A DNA stretch of 52,945 nucleotides from Candidatus Wildermuthbacteria bacterium RIFCSPHIGHO2_01_FULL_48_27b (GTDB taxonomy: Bacteria > Patescibacteriota > Minisyncoccia > Minisyncoccales > UBA10102): positions 1-52,945 of the forward strand of contig MHTS01000024.1 in NCBI GenBank assembly GCA_001824915.1, in the 5' to 3' direction. This document shows positions 8,723 to 18,258 of the stretch, one piece after another. Within the stretch, counting starts at the first letter, position 1, and each line of letters starts with the position of its first letter. The notes beneath the pieces were generated by a model, which saw only the letters and a list, made by a program, of their open reading frames with translations, had not been told where the DNA came from and did not search any database. A program made the translations under genes and the position numbers.

Positions 8723-9295
8723 TCAGAGAAAAAACTTTTTTCCCAAAAAATCATCGCTGCCGATACTCCTTGTTTCAATAAGACGGACTTCGCGTTCCGT
8801 TAGGTTAAAAAATCCTCGAATGGCTTCAATTTCTTTTATGCAAGGGAATGGCTGAATCCACACGCTTTTTTGCAGGTGAACAAAACCAAGCTGTTTGAGC
8901 ATCCCCCGGAATGCATTGCGTTCAAACCGTCGTAACTCGGAAATATCAAAACAGACGATGCGCCAGAAGCCATCCCACTTTTTCTGTTTTTTTATTGCGA
9001 GTTGGGTAATCTGTAAAGCCGCTGCGGCTTCCTTGCCCTTGGATGTTAGCACAATGCGTACTTCGTGCCCTCGTCGTTCCGCCGCGATAAGGCCTCGATG
9101 CTTCATGCCGTGGAATGTATTGGAGAACATTCGCTTTGCATATTGTTTCTTCTTCTGAAATGATTTCCAAAGAACGATCCCCGCGTACGGAGAGGTGGCG
9201 GCTAAAACAATTACTCCGGATACGAGGAGTACGTTCAGAATATCTTTTACGATTTCCGAGCGCGGTTTTCGAAGAGAGTATTTGTATTTCTGCAT
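8723..9295 (-). CDS. PaaX-like / Cas2-fold domain protein (putative regulator)
   Basis: KWDGFWRIVCFDISELRRFERNAFRGMLKQLGFVHLQKSVWIQP matches the C-terminal module seen in PaaX-family and Cas2-like proteins. I used the internal ATG at 9295 (MQKYKYSL...) because the longer ORF would overlap murA. Confidence 0.5.
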   Translation of the reverse strand: MQKYKYSLRKPRSEIVKDILNVLLVSGVIVLAATSPYAGIVLWKSFQKKKQYAKRMFSNTFHGMKHRGLIAAERRGHEVRIVLTSKGKEAAAALQITQLAIKKQKKWDGFWRIVCFDISELRRFERNAFRGMLKQLGFVHLQKSVWIQPFPCIKEIEAIRGFFNLTEREVRLIETRSIGSDDFLGKKFFL

Positions 9296-9441
9296 ATATT
9301 TCGCTTTAGTAATTATACGATCGTTTGAATAATAAAGCAATGAGATTGTCTGATAGCACGGCGCGCCAAATGGTGAGGATGAGCTACATGTGGTACGCTC
9401 CTTTTTGTGGGAGGGGACTGGGCCTTTTCCTCCTGCCGCAT

Positions 9442-9470
9442 TTGCAAAAAGGCTGGCCTGCGGGTATAAT
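9442..9470 (+). promoter_or_regulatory. Sigma70-type promoter upstream of murA
   Basis: TTGCAA-17 nt-TATAAT. The ATG at 9482 is 11 nt after the -10 box and has no SD, so the leader is only about 5 nt. Confidence 0.45.
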
Positions 9471-9481
9471 AAGGCATTCCT

Positions 9482-10759
9482 ATGGAGCAATTTGTTATTC
9501 AAGGCGGCAAGCCTTTGCGAGGCGCTATAGATGTTCGTGGAGCGAAAAACGCGGCATTCCCGATTTTGGCCGCTACTATTTTAACCGATGAAGATTGTAT
9601 TGTTGAAAATCTGCCTCTCGTTGAAGACGTATATCGTATGCTAGAAATTCTTGAAGGGATGGGAGCAACCGTGGAATGGCTTGAGGAGCGGACAGTCAAA
9701 ATAAACACTCGGGCAATCAATCCCGCGAAAATCAAAAAAGACATCGTGGCTCGTTTTCGAGGATCAGTTCTTCTGATGGGGCCTTTGCTCGCCAGGTTTG
9801 GAAAAGTAAGCTTGCCTCGGCCCGGCGGCGATATCATCGGCGCGCGGCCGATCGACACCCATCTGGACGCCTTTTCACAGCTCGGCGTAAAGATTCTTGC
9901 GTCGAACGGAAAAGTGGTGCTGGAGAAACCGGAGCAATTGACCGGCGATACCGTAATTTTAAATGAGTTTTCCGTGACCGCCACGGAAAACGTGTTGTTG
10001 TTCGCGGCCTTATATCCCGGCGTCATCACGGTAAAAACCGCCGATCAGGACTACCCGATTCAGGAATTGATAAAGGCGTTGGAGCGTATGGGGGCGGGCA
10101 TTTCGTTGTCTGCGTTGCATGTAATTGAAGTGCGCGGAAAACAGCAATTGGGCGGAATGAAGCATAGACTGATGTTTGATCCGATTGAAGCTGGCACTTT
10201 TATAGTAATGGCAGCCGCGGCAAAAGGTGAGGTTCTCGTGCAGAATGTGGAAACAAGTTTTCTCGAACTTTTTTTGAAAAAATTGAAAGAATTTGGCGTG
10301 CCCATGCAGATTGAAGCGAAGCAGAATGGTTTGGCAAACATAAAAGTGTTGCCATGGAAAAAGCTCAAGATAGACTCTATACAAACATTTATTTATCCTG
10401 GCATCCATACTGATCTGCAGAGCCCTTTGGGGGTGCTGGCAACACAGGCGGCCGGGTCGACATTGCTTCATGATCCATTGTATCCCGGCCGCTTGAAATA
10501 TCTTGAAGAACTAAATAAGATGGGGGCTGAAATCTATATTGCCGACCCGCACCGTGCTATTATTAACGGACCGTGCCGTTTATTTGGCACTGACTTGGGA
10601 ACATTTGATTTGCGGGGAGGCGCCGCTATGATTATTGCCGCATTAATCGCAAAAGGGAAAAGTACTATTAGTAATATCTATCAAGTGGATAGGGGATATG
10701 AGAAAATCGAAGAAAGACTGCAGAAATTGGGCGCGGATATCAAAAGAATAACAGTTTGA
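9482..10759 (+). CDS. murA: UDP-N-acetylglucosamine 1-carboxyvinyltransferase
   Basis: MEQFVIQGGKPLRGAIDVRGAKNAAFPILAATIL...; 425 aa; typical MurA throughout. Confidence 0.95.
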   Translation: MEQFVIQGGKPLRGAIDVRGAKNAAFPILAATILTDEDCIVENLPLVEDVYRMLEILEGMGATVEWLEERTVKINTRAINPAKIKKDIVARFRGSVLLMGPLLARFGKVSLPRPGGDIIGARPIDTHLDAFSQLGVKILASNGKVVLEKPEQLTGDTVILNEFSVTATENVLLFAALYPGVITVKTADQDYPIQELIKALERMGAGISLSALHVIEVRGKQQLGGMKHRLMFDPIEAGTFIVMAAAAKGEVLVQNVETSFLELFLKKLKEFGVPMQIEAKQNGLANIKVLPWKKLKIDSIQTFIYPGIHTDLQSPLGVLATQAAGSTLLHDPLYPGRLKYLEELNKMGAEIYIADPHRAIINGPCRLFGTDLGTFDLRGGAAMIIAALIAKGKSTISNIYQVDRGYEKIEERLQKLGADIKRITV

Positions 10760-10768
10760 GTGAGAGTT

Positions 10769-11776
10769 ATGTTTATAACCAAAATCGGCATAGACCTTGG
10801 AACCTGCAACTCGCTGGTTTTTGTTCCCAAAAAAGGAGTGGTGTTGTGCGAGCCTTCGGTTGTCGCAGTTTCTTTAGCCGATAACCGTATTTTGGCGGTA
10901 GGGGAAGCGGCCAAAGAAATGACCGGGCGCACTCCCGATACTATTCAGGTATACCGGCCCTTACGCGATGGCGTGATTGCGGATTATCGAGTGACTTTGG
11001 CTATGATTCGATATTTTTTGCGGCGCATCATTCCGAAATACCAATTTATAAAGCCCGAAGTATTGGTTTCCGTGCCGGCCGGAATCACCTCAACTGAACG
11101 CCGCGCCGTGATTGAGGCTACACGTCAGGCTGGGGCGAGGGCCGCGTACGTGGCAAAAGAACCCATATTGGCTGCGATTGGGGCTGGTATTCCCATTAAC
11201 TCTTCTTCGGGGCATATGATTGTGAATATCGGTGGAGGCACTACCGAGGTTGCGGTTATCTCTTTGGGAGGGGTTGTGGTGGCAACATCGCTTCGGGTGG
11301 CTGGCGACAAGATCGATGAAGCGATTTCCGACTATATAAAAAGGAGCCATAACCTTGCGATAGGGGAAACGACCGCGGAAGAAATCAAAATAAAAATTGG
11401 CACCGCAATGCCGGAAAAAACAGAAACCATGCTGGAAATCCGCGGGCGCGATTTGATCCATGGGCTTCCCAAAAATATCAAGATTTCTTCCAATGAGTTG
11501 GCTGTGGCGATTCAAGAGCCACTCGATGAAACCATCGCTACTATCAAGGCGGTGCTTCGCGAAACACCGCCTGAACTTTCAGCCGATATTATGGATAAAG
11601 GAATGATTTTGTCGGGCGGAGGCGCGCTTCTGCGAAATATTGATCAGCGAATTTCCCAGGCAATCGGGGTGCCGTGTTTTGTGGCAGACGATCCTTTGAC
11701 ATGTGTCGCGCGCGGCGCGGGCGTCGTGCTCGATAGCCTGGATATTTTCAAACAAAGCATTATGAGTAAGCGGTAA
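10769..11776 (+). CDS. mreB: Rod-shape-determining actin homolog MreB (paralog 1)
   Basis: IGIDLGTCNSLVF..., NIGGGTTEVAVISLGG..., LSGGGALLRNID are MreB/actin phosphate and adenosine motifs. Confidence 0.9.
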   Translation: MFITKIGIDLGTCNSLVFVPKKGVVLCEPSVVAVSLADNRILAVGEAAKEMTGRTPDTIQVYRPLRDGVIADYRVTLAMIRYFLRRIIPKYQFIKPEVLVSVPAGITSTERRAVIEATRQAGARAAYVAKEPILAAIGAGIPINSSSGHMIVNIGGGTTEVAVISLGGVVVATSLRVAGDKIDEAISDYIKRSHNLAIGETTAEEIKIKIGTAMPEKTETMLEIRGRDLIHGLPKNIKISSNELAVAIQEPLDETIATIKAVLRETPPELSADIMDKGMILSGGGALLRNIDQRISQAIGVPCFVADDPLTCVARGAGVVLDSLDIFKQSIMSKR

Positions 11777-11791
11777 TTTTGCAAAGCGCAA

Positions 11792-12529
11792 ATGGTTCAG
11801 AATTCACAAATGGATAAGCGGACATTGTTTAAGAGATTAGCGGAACGGGGTGGACTGTCGCATGCGTATTTATTCTCCGGGAACGATGAAAGGCAGAAAG
11901 ACGAATTGGTAGCGGATCTCGTCGCGTCACTGCACATTCAAACCGAAGATCGCATGATTCTCGAACCGGATCGAGATGAAATTACTATCGCACAGATACG
12001 CGGGCTCTCTTCGTTTTTCAGTATGACTGCGTGGAACTCTAAGTACAAAATCGCGCTTCTCCGCAGAGCGCATAGTATGAATCGAGAAGCGCAGTCGGCC
12101 TTCCTAAAGCTTCTGGAAGAGCCGAAAGGGGACGCGCTATTTTTTTTGCTTACTGAATACCCGGATATGCTTTTCGAAACTATCCGTTCGCGCGCGCAGG
12201 AATTTAAGTTTTACTCATTCGCTCCGCCTGAAATTTCCGACGATGCGATTGGCGAGTTCCAGAAACTTCAGAAGGCGGACCTTGGGTCGCGTTTTGCCTA
12301 CGCGAAAAAACTTGCAGATGAACCGGAACGTATTCAGCGCCTTTTACATCAATGGTTGCTCGCGATTCGGCAGATGCTCCGTACCCAGCTCGCAGAAAAC
12401 CCTCAAGATGTTTCGGCGACAGTGCGGGCAATCCGAACCATTCAGGAAACTCTTTTGCTTTTGCGTACCACCAATGTCAGCCCGCGTCTCGCCCTAGAGC
12501 GCGTTATGCTTAACCTCGCGGCAAATTGA
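11792..12529 (+). CDS. holB: DNA polymerase III delta' subunit-like clamp-loader protein
   Basis: HAYLFSG..., AQSAFLKLLEEPKGDALFFLLT and SRAQEFKF (sensor motifs of delta'/gamma-like AAA+ proteins); 245 aa. Confidence 0.7.
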   Translation: MVQNSQMDKRTLFKRLAERGGLSHAYLFSGNDERQKDELVADLVASLHIQTEDRMILEPDRDEITIAQIRGLSSFFSMTAWNSKYKIALLRRAHSMNREAQSAFLKLLEEPKGDALFFLLTEYPDMLFETIRSRAQEFKFYSFAPPEISDDAIGEFQKLQKADLGSRFAYAKKLADEPERIQRLLHQWLLAIRQMLRTQLAENPQDVSATVRAIRTIQETLLLLRTTNVSPRLALERVMLNLAAN

Positions 12530-12569
12530 TAGCCTCGACATGGGCGAACGGTTTTGGTACAATGCGCGT

Positions 12570-13127
12570 ATGTATCAAGAAATTCTCCAAACAGTGGAGC
12601 CGGAAATGGAGAAAGCCCTAAGCTTTTTTCAGGGTGAGTTGGGGAAAATCCGGACTGGGCAAGCAAGCCCCTCTTTGGTAGAAGATGTGCAGGTAAACCT
12701 GTTTGGTCAAAAAATGCCCCTGAAGCAGTTGGCGGGGATTTCTTGTCCCGACCGCCGCCAAATTCTTATCCAACCGTGGGACAAATCCTATGTAGAACCC
12801 ATTGAAAAGGCGTTGCAGGCAGGATCTTTGGGAACAAGTCCGGTAGTAGAGGGAGCTACGGTACGCGTCCATCTGCCTCAACTCACACAGGAGTATCGTG
12901 AGCAGCTAGCGAAGCTGCTTGGGGAGAAAGCGGAAGAAGCAAAAAAGACTATTCGCAGATGGCGGGAGAGCGCGTGGGAAGAGATTCAGGAAAAAGCAAA
13001 AGAGGGCGAAGTTCGAGAAGATGACAAATTTCGCGCGAAAGATGAGCTGCAAAAAATGATCGATGAGTACAACAAAAAGATCGAAGAGTTGGTCGAGCGA
13101 AAGAAGAAGGAAATCGAAGTTGTATGA
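12570..13127 (+). CDS. frr: Ribosome recycling factor
   Basis: ...LGKIRTGQASPSLVEDVQVNLFGQKMPLKQLAGISCPDRRQILIQPWD...; 185 aa counted from the internal ATG at 12570. Confidence 0.9.
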   Translation: MYQEILQTVEPEMEKALSFFQGELGKIRTGQASPSLVEDVQVNLFGQKMPLKQLAGISCPDRRQILIQPWDKSYVEPIEKALQAGSLGTSPVVEGATVRVHLPQLTQEYREQLAKLLGEKAEEAKKTIRRWRESAWEEIQEKAKEGEVREDDKFRAKDELQKMIDEYNKKIEELVERKKKEIEVV

Positions 13128-14191
13128 CAATTTTTATTGCGCTTCTATCTATTGGTATTTTAGTCATCCTGCACGAGCTAGGGCATTTTTTTGCCGCTAA
13201 AAAATTTGGCATAAAAGTGGAGGAATTTGGAATTGGCTTGCCTCCGCGCCTTTTCGGAAAAAAGTACGGGGAAACCATATATTCTGTAAACGCTTTGCCC
13301 ATAGGAGGGTTTGTGCGCATGGAGGGCGAAGAAAAACGGAGTGACAGTCCCGACAGTTTCAACAAAAAACCTCTCTGGCAGAGATTTCTCGTGGTGACAG
13401 CTGGGGTAGTGGTATTTTGGATTGTTGCGGTTGTTATATTTACTCTTTTGGGCGCGACTACCGGAATTCCCACCGCGCTGAATGACGATCAAGAAGACGT
13501 GGTAAATCCGCACGTGCGGGTTATCGGGGTTGCGGCCGATTCTCCCGCTGCTTCTGCGGGATTGCAGATAGGCGATACTATTACTCATATTTCGGGTCAG
13601 GCGGTTTCCACCGTGCGCGAAGTACAGGAACTTTCTGTCGCACACACCGGAGAAGAAATTTTGCTCAATGTTCAACGGGGTGAAAAAACTTTTGAATTAT
13701 CGCTTGTCCCCCGGGAAACGCCGCCCGCGGGCGAGGGACCCGTCGGGATAGCGCTCACGAGGGCGGGTTTCGTGCGTTATGCGTGGTATGAAGCTCCTTG
13801 GCAGGGATTGGTGCGAACATGGCACATCACAACCTCTATCTTTGCGACGTTCGGTGCGCTCATTTCTCAAGTTACAGGCGGGGAGGGGCTTCCTGCCGGA
13901 ACCCAGGTTTCGGGGCCGGTTGGGGTTGTTGATTTGCTCAAAAATTCTCTTGCGCTCGGCGTATCTTCATTCCTTAGTTTCGTGGCGATAATCTCGGTCT
14001 ACCTCGCAATTTTTAATACGCTGCCCATTCCGGCTCTCGACGGAGGGAGAATGTTCTTTTTGCTGCTGGAGGGAATACGAAGAAAACCTCTACCCGAAAA
14101 ACTTGAACAACGACTAATCCTCATTTCGTTTTTGGTACTTGTACCATTTATTCTTTGGGTTACGGTAAACGATATTCGCCGGCTATTCTAG
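13124..14191 (+). CDS. rseP: RIP metalloprotease (site-2 protease, M50 family) with PDZ domain
   Basis: HELGHF zinc motif at the N-terminus, a central PDZ-like segment (GLQIGDTITHISGQAV), C-terminal NTLPIPALDGG. Confidence 0.85.
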   Translation: MTIFIALLSIGILVILHELGHFFAAKKFGIKVEEFGIGLPPRLFGKKYGETIYSVNALPIGGFVRMEGEEKRSDSPDSFNKKPLWQRFLVVTAGVVVFWIVAVVIFTLLGATTGIPTALNDDQEDVVNPHVRVIGVAADSPAASAGLQIGDTITHISGQAVSTVREVQELSVAHTGEEILLNVQRGEKTFELSLVPRETPPAGEGPVGIALTRAGFVRYAWYEAPWQGLVRTWHITTSIFATFGALISQVTGGEGLPAGTQVSGPVGVVDLLKNSLALGVSSFLSFVAIISVYLAIFNTLPIPALDGGRMFFLLLEGIRRKPLPEKLEQRLILISFLVLVPFILWVTVNDIRRLF

Positions 14192-14198
14192 TTATACT

Positions 14199-15443
14199 AT
14201 GCGCCAGTCCAAACTTTTTACCAAGACGCAAAAAACGCTTCCGAAAGGCGAGGAAAGCAAAAATGCCCAACTTTTAATTCAGGCTGGGTTTATTCACAAA
14301 GAAATGGCAGGGGTGTACTCGTTTTTGCCTTTGGGCAAACGTGTAATGGAAAACATTATGCGCATAATTCGCGAAGAAATGAACGTCATTGGCGGACAAG
14401 AGTTGCTCTTAACCGGGCTTCAAAATCCTGAAATATGGCAAACATCGGGCCGTTGGGCAGACGAGGCTGTGGACATATGGTTTAAAACAAAGTTAAAAAA
14501 CGATACGGAAATTGGGTTAAGCTGGACGCACGAAGAGCCTTTAACCGCGCTTATGCGCAACCATATTTCTTCGTATCGGGATCTGCCAGTGTACGTGTAC
14601 CAAATGCAAACAAAGTTTCGGAACGAGTTGCGCGCGAAAAGCGGCATTATGCGCACGCGCGAATTTATTATGAAAGACTTGTACTCGTTTTGCAAAAATG
14701 AAGAAGAGCACAAGGCATTTTATGAAAAGGCAAAGCAAGCATACATAAAAATATTCGATCACGTTGGTTTGGGCCACGTAACCTATGTTACCATGGCTTC
14801 TGGCGGAAGTTTTGCGAAATACTCGCACGAATTTCAAACGCTAACCGCGGCAGGTGAAGACATTATTTACATAGACGAACAAACGAAGGAGGCGGTGAAC
14901 GAAGAAATAATAGCCGACAAAGATTTGGGATACGACAAAAACAAGCTGCGAAAAGAAAAGGCGGTAGAGGTGGGAAATATTTTTACCCTGGGAACTAAAT
15001 ACTCGGAAGTGCTCGGTTTGCAGTATCAAGACGATCAAGGAAATAAACGGCCCGTGTTTATGGGCAGTTACGGAATTGGTCCGGCTCGCGTTATGGGTAC
15101 AATTGCTGAGTTATTCGCCGACGAAAAAGGGTTGGTGTGGCCTTCTTCGGTAGCGCCTTTCCTCGCCCATTTGCTTTGTTTATCGGACTCAGTGGAAGAA
15201 GCCGACGCGCTGTATGAACAGTTGCAAAGCGTGGGGATTGAGGTATTGTATGATGATAGGCACGGCATGAGCGCGGGGGAAAAATTTGCCGATGCCGATT
15301 TAATCGGCATTCCCTGGCGCCTTGTTATAAGCGACAAAACACTTGCTTCAAAAAGCGCAGAAGTGAAAGCACGACAAAGTAAAGAGATTGAGCTTGTGCC
15401 GTTGCGAGAACTGCCAAACTATCTGCAATCGAAAATTTCTTGA
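14199..15443 (+). CDS. proS: Proline--tRNA ligase (short form lacking the bacterial INS editing domain)
   Basis: MRQSKLFTKTQKTLPKGEESKNAQLLIQAGFIHKEMAGVYSFLPLG and class II motifs (FRNELRAKSGIMRTREF). At 414 aa it is much shorter than INS-containing bacterial ProRS. Confidence 0.85.
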   Translation: MRQSKLFTKTQKTLPKGEESKNAQLLIQAGFIHKEMAGVYSFLPLGKRVMENIMRIIREEMNVIGGQELLLTGLQNPEIWQTSGRWADEAVDIWFKTKLKNDTEIGLSWTHEEPLTALMRNHISSYRDLPVYVYQMQTKFRNELRAKSGIMRTREFIMKDLYSFCKNEEEHKAFYEKAKQAYIKIFDHVGLGHVTYVTMASGGSFAKYSHEFQTLTAAGEDIIYIDEQTKEAVNEEIIADKDLGYDKNKLRKEKAVEVGNIFTLGTKYSEVLGLQYQDDQGNKRPVFMGSYGIGPARVMGTIAELFADEKGLVWPSSVAPFLAHLLCLSDSVEEADALYEQLQSVGIEVLYDDRHGMSAGEKFADADLIGIPWRLVISDKTLASKSAEVKARQSKEIELVPLRELPNYLQSKIS

Positions 15444-15450
15444 CTCATTT

Positions 15451-16509
15451 ATGCGATTTATCAGAAACACATTATCCCGATTGGGGAATGACATCGCGAT
15501 TGATTTGGGCACTGCCAATTCGTTGGTTTATGTGAAGGGAAAGGGGATTGTGATTCAGGAACCCACGGTGGTTGCTATTAATCAAAAGACTGGAAGGGTG
15601 CTTGCCATAGGAGAGGAAGCGAAAAAAATGGTGGGGCGCACTCCCATTCATATTGTGGCAATGCGGCCGTTGGCAAAAGGCGTTATTTCGGACTTCGAGG
15701 TTACCGAGCAAATGCTTAGGTATTTCATCGCTAAAGCGTGTCCCCGGAAGTTCATCCTTAGTCCTGGACCTCGCGTGATTGTGGGAATTCCTTTTGGCGT
15801 AACTGAAGTTGAGAAAAAAGCAGTGCGAGATGCCACGCTTTCCGCGGGAGCGCGCGAAGTTTTTTTAATTGAAGAGCCTATGGCTGCTGCCATTGGCGCG
15901 AGGCTCGCGGTGCAAGAACCTGGCGGGAATTTCATTGTGGATATCGGCGGGGGCACTACCGAGGTTGCCGTCTTGTCGCTTGGCGGAGTGGTGTACGCAA
16001 AATCACTCAGGATCGCGGGCGATAAATTAAACGAAGACATTATTCACTTTGCGCAGGAAGAATACAAGCTTTTCATCGGGGAGCGCACCGCGGAGGCGCT
16101 CAAGATTGGAATTGGTTCTGCGTATCCCTTGAAAGAGCGGAAAGAAGTGCCCCTCCGGGGCAGAAATTTGGTTACGGGTTTACCCGAAGAGATTATGGTT
16201 TCCGATACAGATATTCGCCGCGCAATGGAGCGTTCTGTGCGGCAAATAGTCAACGAAGTTAAGGCCACGGTAGAAGAAACGCCGCCCGAACTTCTCGCAG
16301 ACATTATGTGCAGAGGAATTTTTCTTGCGGGAGGAGGAGCGCTTCTTCGTGAGCTCGACACGCTCATTACGAAAGAGACAAAAATTCCCACGCGCATTGT
16401 GGAGGATCCTTTGACCGCGGTGGTGAGAGGTGCGGGTTTGGTTCTTGAAAATCTCGATGAACTCTGCGATGTATTGTCAGAAGCAGAAGATTTAGAGCCG
16501 CCCAAATAG
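15451..16509 (+). CDS. mreB: MreB paralog 2
   Basis: AIDLGTANSLVYV..., DIGGGTTEVAVLSLGG..., LAGGGALLRELD. Clearly a paralog of 10769-11776 (roughly half the positions are identical by eye). Confidence 0.85.
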   Translation: MRFIRNTLSRLGNDIAIDLGTANSLVYVKGKGIVIQEPTVVAINQKTGRVLAIGEEAKKMVGRTPIHIVAMRPLAKGVISDFEVTEQMLRYFIAKACPRKFILSPGPRVIVGIPFGVTEVEKKAVRDATLSAGAREVFLIEEPMAAAIGARLAVQEPGGNFIVDIGGGTTEVAVLSLGGVVYAKSLRIAGDKLNEDIIHFAQEEYKLFIGERTAEALKIGIGSAYPLKERKEVPLRGRNLVTGLPEEIMVSDTDIRRAMERSVRQIVNEVKATVEETPPELLADIMCRGIFLAGGGALLRELDTLITKETKIPTRIVEDPLTAVVRGAGLVLENLDELCDVLSEAEDLEPPK

Positions 16510-16512
16510 ACT

Positions 16513-16800
16513 ATGATTTCTCCCAAAGAAGTGCGACATATCGCAAAACTGGCTCGGATAGGATTGTCAGATCTGGAGCTTGTAAAGTTTCAGAAAGAGC
16601 TTGCTGCTGTTCTGGACTACTTTGAGATTTTGCAAGAAGTTGACGTTTCTTCCGTGGCACCCATGACTCACGCAGTACCTTTGGCGAACGTGCATCGGCC
16701 CGATGAAACAAAAACCAAAGCCAATGATATGGCTTCTCGACTTTTGGAAATGGCTCCAGAAACAAAAGACGGCTATTTGAAGGTGAAGCCGATTTTATAA
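16513..16800 (+). CDS. gatC: Asp/Glu-tRNA amidotransferase subunit C
   Basis: MISPKEVRHIAKLARIGLSDLELVKFQKELAAVLDYFE...; 95 aa, directly upstream of gatA. Confidence 0.9.
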   Translation: MISPKEVRHIAKLARIGLSDLELVKFQKELAAVLDYFEILQEVDVSSVAPMTHAVPLANVHRPDETKTKANDMASRLLEMAPETKDGYLKVKPIL

Positions 16801-16803
16801 AAC

Positions 16804-16828
16804 CTACGAATTACGAATACTTGCGAAT
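16804..16828. repeat. TACGAAT repeat cluster in the gatC-gatA spacer
   Basis: cTACGAATTACGAATacttGCGAAT immediately precedes and overlaps the gatA ATG. It is the reverse complement of the ATTCGTAATTCGTAG motif at 32752 and 38625. Confidence 0.7.
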
Positions 16829-18242
16829 GGACGAACTTACGATTCGACAACTGCACGAAAAACTGAAAAACAAAGAATTTTCTGCGCAAGAAATCGTAGA
16901 AAGTTTTCTCAAAAATATTGAGCAGAAAGATGCAAATCTACATGCTTTTATTACTCCGACAGGGGAGTTGGCGCTCGCGCAGGCAAAGAAAGTTGATGAA
17001 AAAATCGCTCGAGGCGAAGAAATTTCTCTGCTCGCGGGAGTTCCGTGCGCAGTGAAAGATTCTATTCTGGTGGAAAGCGTGCGTTGCACGGTCGGATCCA
17101 AGATTTTGGAAAACTACATCGCGCCTTACGACGCCACGGTTGTCCGGAAGCTGCGCGACGAAGGCGCGGTCTTTGTCGGGAAAACAAATCTCGACGAGTT
17201 TAATATGGGTGCTTCCACTGAAAACTCTGCTTTCGGCGTTACAAAAAATCCTTATGATCTGACACGAGTAGCCGGGGGAAGTTCCGGAGGATCGGCAGCA
17301 AGCGTAGCCGCGAACGAGGCTCTTGTGGCTTTGGGAGCCGATACCGGCGGCTCTATACGCCTTCCGGCCGCGTTTTGCGGCGTGGTAGGGTTAAAACCCA
17401 CCTATGGTACTGTTTCCAGACATGGATTAATCGCGATGGCGTCTTCCCTCGATCAGATAGGGCCGATCGCGAAAACCGCAGAAGACGCAGAAGCAGTTTT
17501 TGAAGCGATCTGTGGGAGAGACGCGTTCGACGCAACCTCCCTCGCCTATCAGTACGAATCTCTTTACGATTTTGATGTGAAAAATCTCCGCATAGGTGTG
17601 GCGAAAGAGTTTTTCGGCGAAGGGCTCATGCCCAAAATCGCAGAGCTAGTGAAGGCGGCAATTAAAAAGCTTGAGACCGCGGGGGCTACCGTGCGGGAGA
17701 TAAGCCTTCCTCACGCCAAATATGCATTAGCGGCCTATTATATCATTAACACCTCTGAAGTATCGGCGAACCTCGCGCGTTTTGATGGCATTCGTTACGG
17801 CAAATCTGCCAGTAGGGGGCAAAACTTACTTGATGTATATCTGCAAAGCAGGGGAAAATATCTAGGCGCGGAAGTAAAGCGCAGAATTATGCTCGGTACC
17901 TATGCGCTTTCCGCCGGCTATTACGACGCATATTACCTGAAGGCGCAGAAAGTTCGCACTCTTCTTCAACAGGATTTTGCGGCCGCCTTCGCTGATGTGG
18001 ATGTAATTATGGGGCCGCCCAGTCCGTTTCTCCCTTTCAAGATCGGAGAGCGCACGGAGGATCCGTTAACCATGTATCTTGTGGATTTGTATACAGTGCC
18101 TGTCAACCTTGTTGGACTACCGGCGCTCTCATTGCCGGTAGGATATACTCAAGAGCTTCCAGTGGGTTTGCAGATTATTGGGAAGCCGCTTCAAGAAAAT
18201 TTACTGTTTGCGGTTGCAAAGGATTTGGAAAAATTGGCATAG
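16827..18242 (+). CDS. gatA: Glutamyl-tRNA(Gln)/aspartyl-tRNA(Asn) amidotransferase subunit A
   Basis: Amidase signature GGSSGGSAASVA...; 471 aa counted from the ATG at 16827. Confidence 0.95.
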   Translation: MDELTIRQLHEKLKNKEFSAQEIVESFLKNIEQKDANLHAFITPTGELALAQAKKVDEKIARGEEISLLAGVPCAVKDSILVESVRCTVGSKILENYIAPYDATVVRKLRDEGAVFVGKTNLDEFNMGASTENSAFGVTKNPYDLTRVAGGSSGGSAASVAANEALVALGADTGGSIRLPAAFCGVVGLKPTYGTVSRHGLIAMASSLDQIGPIAKTAEDAEAVFEAICGRDAFDATSLAYQYESLYDFDVKNLRIGVAKEFFGEGLMPKIAELVKAAIKKLETAGATVREISLPHAKYALAAYYIINTSEVSANLARFDGIRYGKSASRGQNLLDVYLQSRGKYLGAEVKRRIMLGTYALSAGYYDAYYLKAQKVRTLLQQDFAAAFADVDVIMGPPSPFLPFKIGERTEDPLTMYLVDLYTVPVNLVGLPALSLPVGYTQELPVGLQIIGKPLQENLLFAVAKDLEKLA

Positions 18243-18258
18243 GTGCTACAATACTGGA

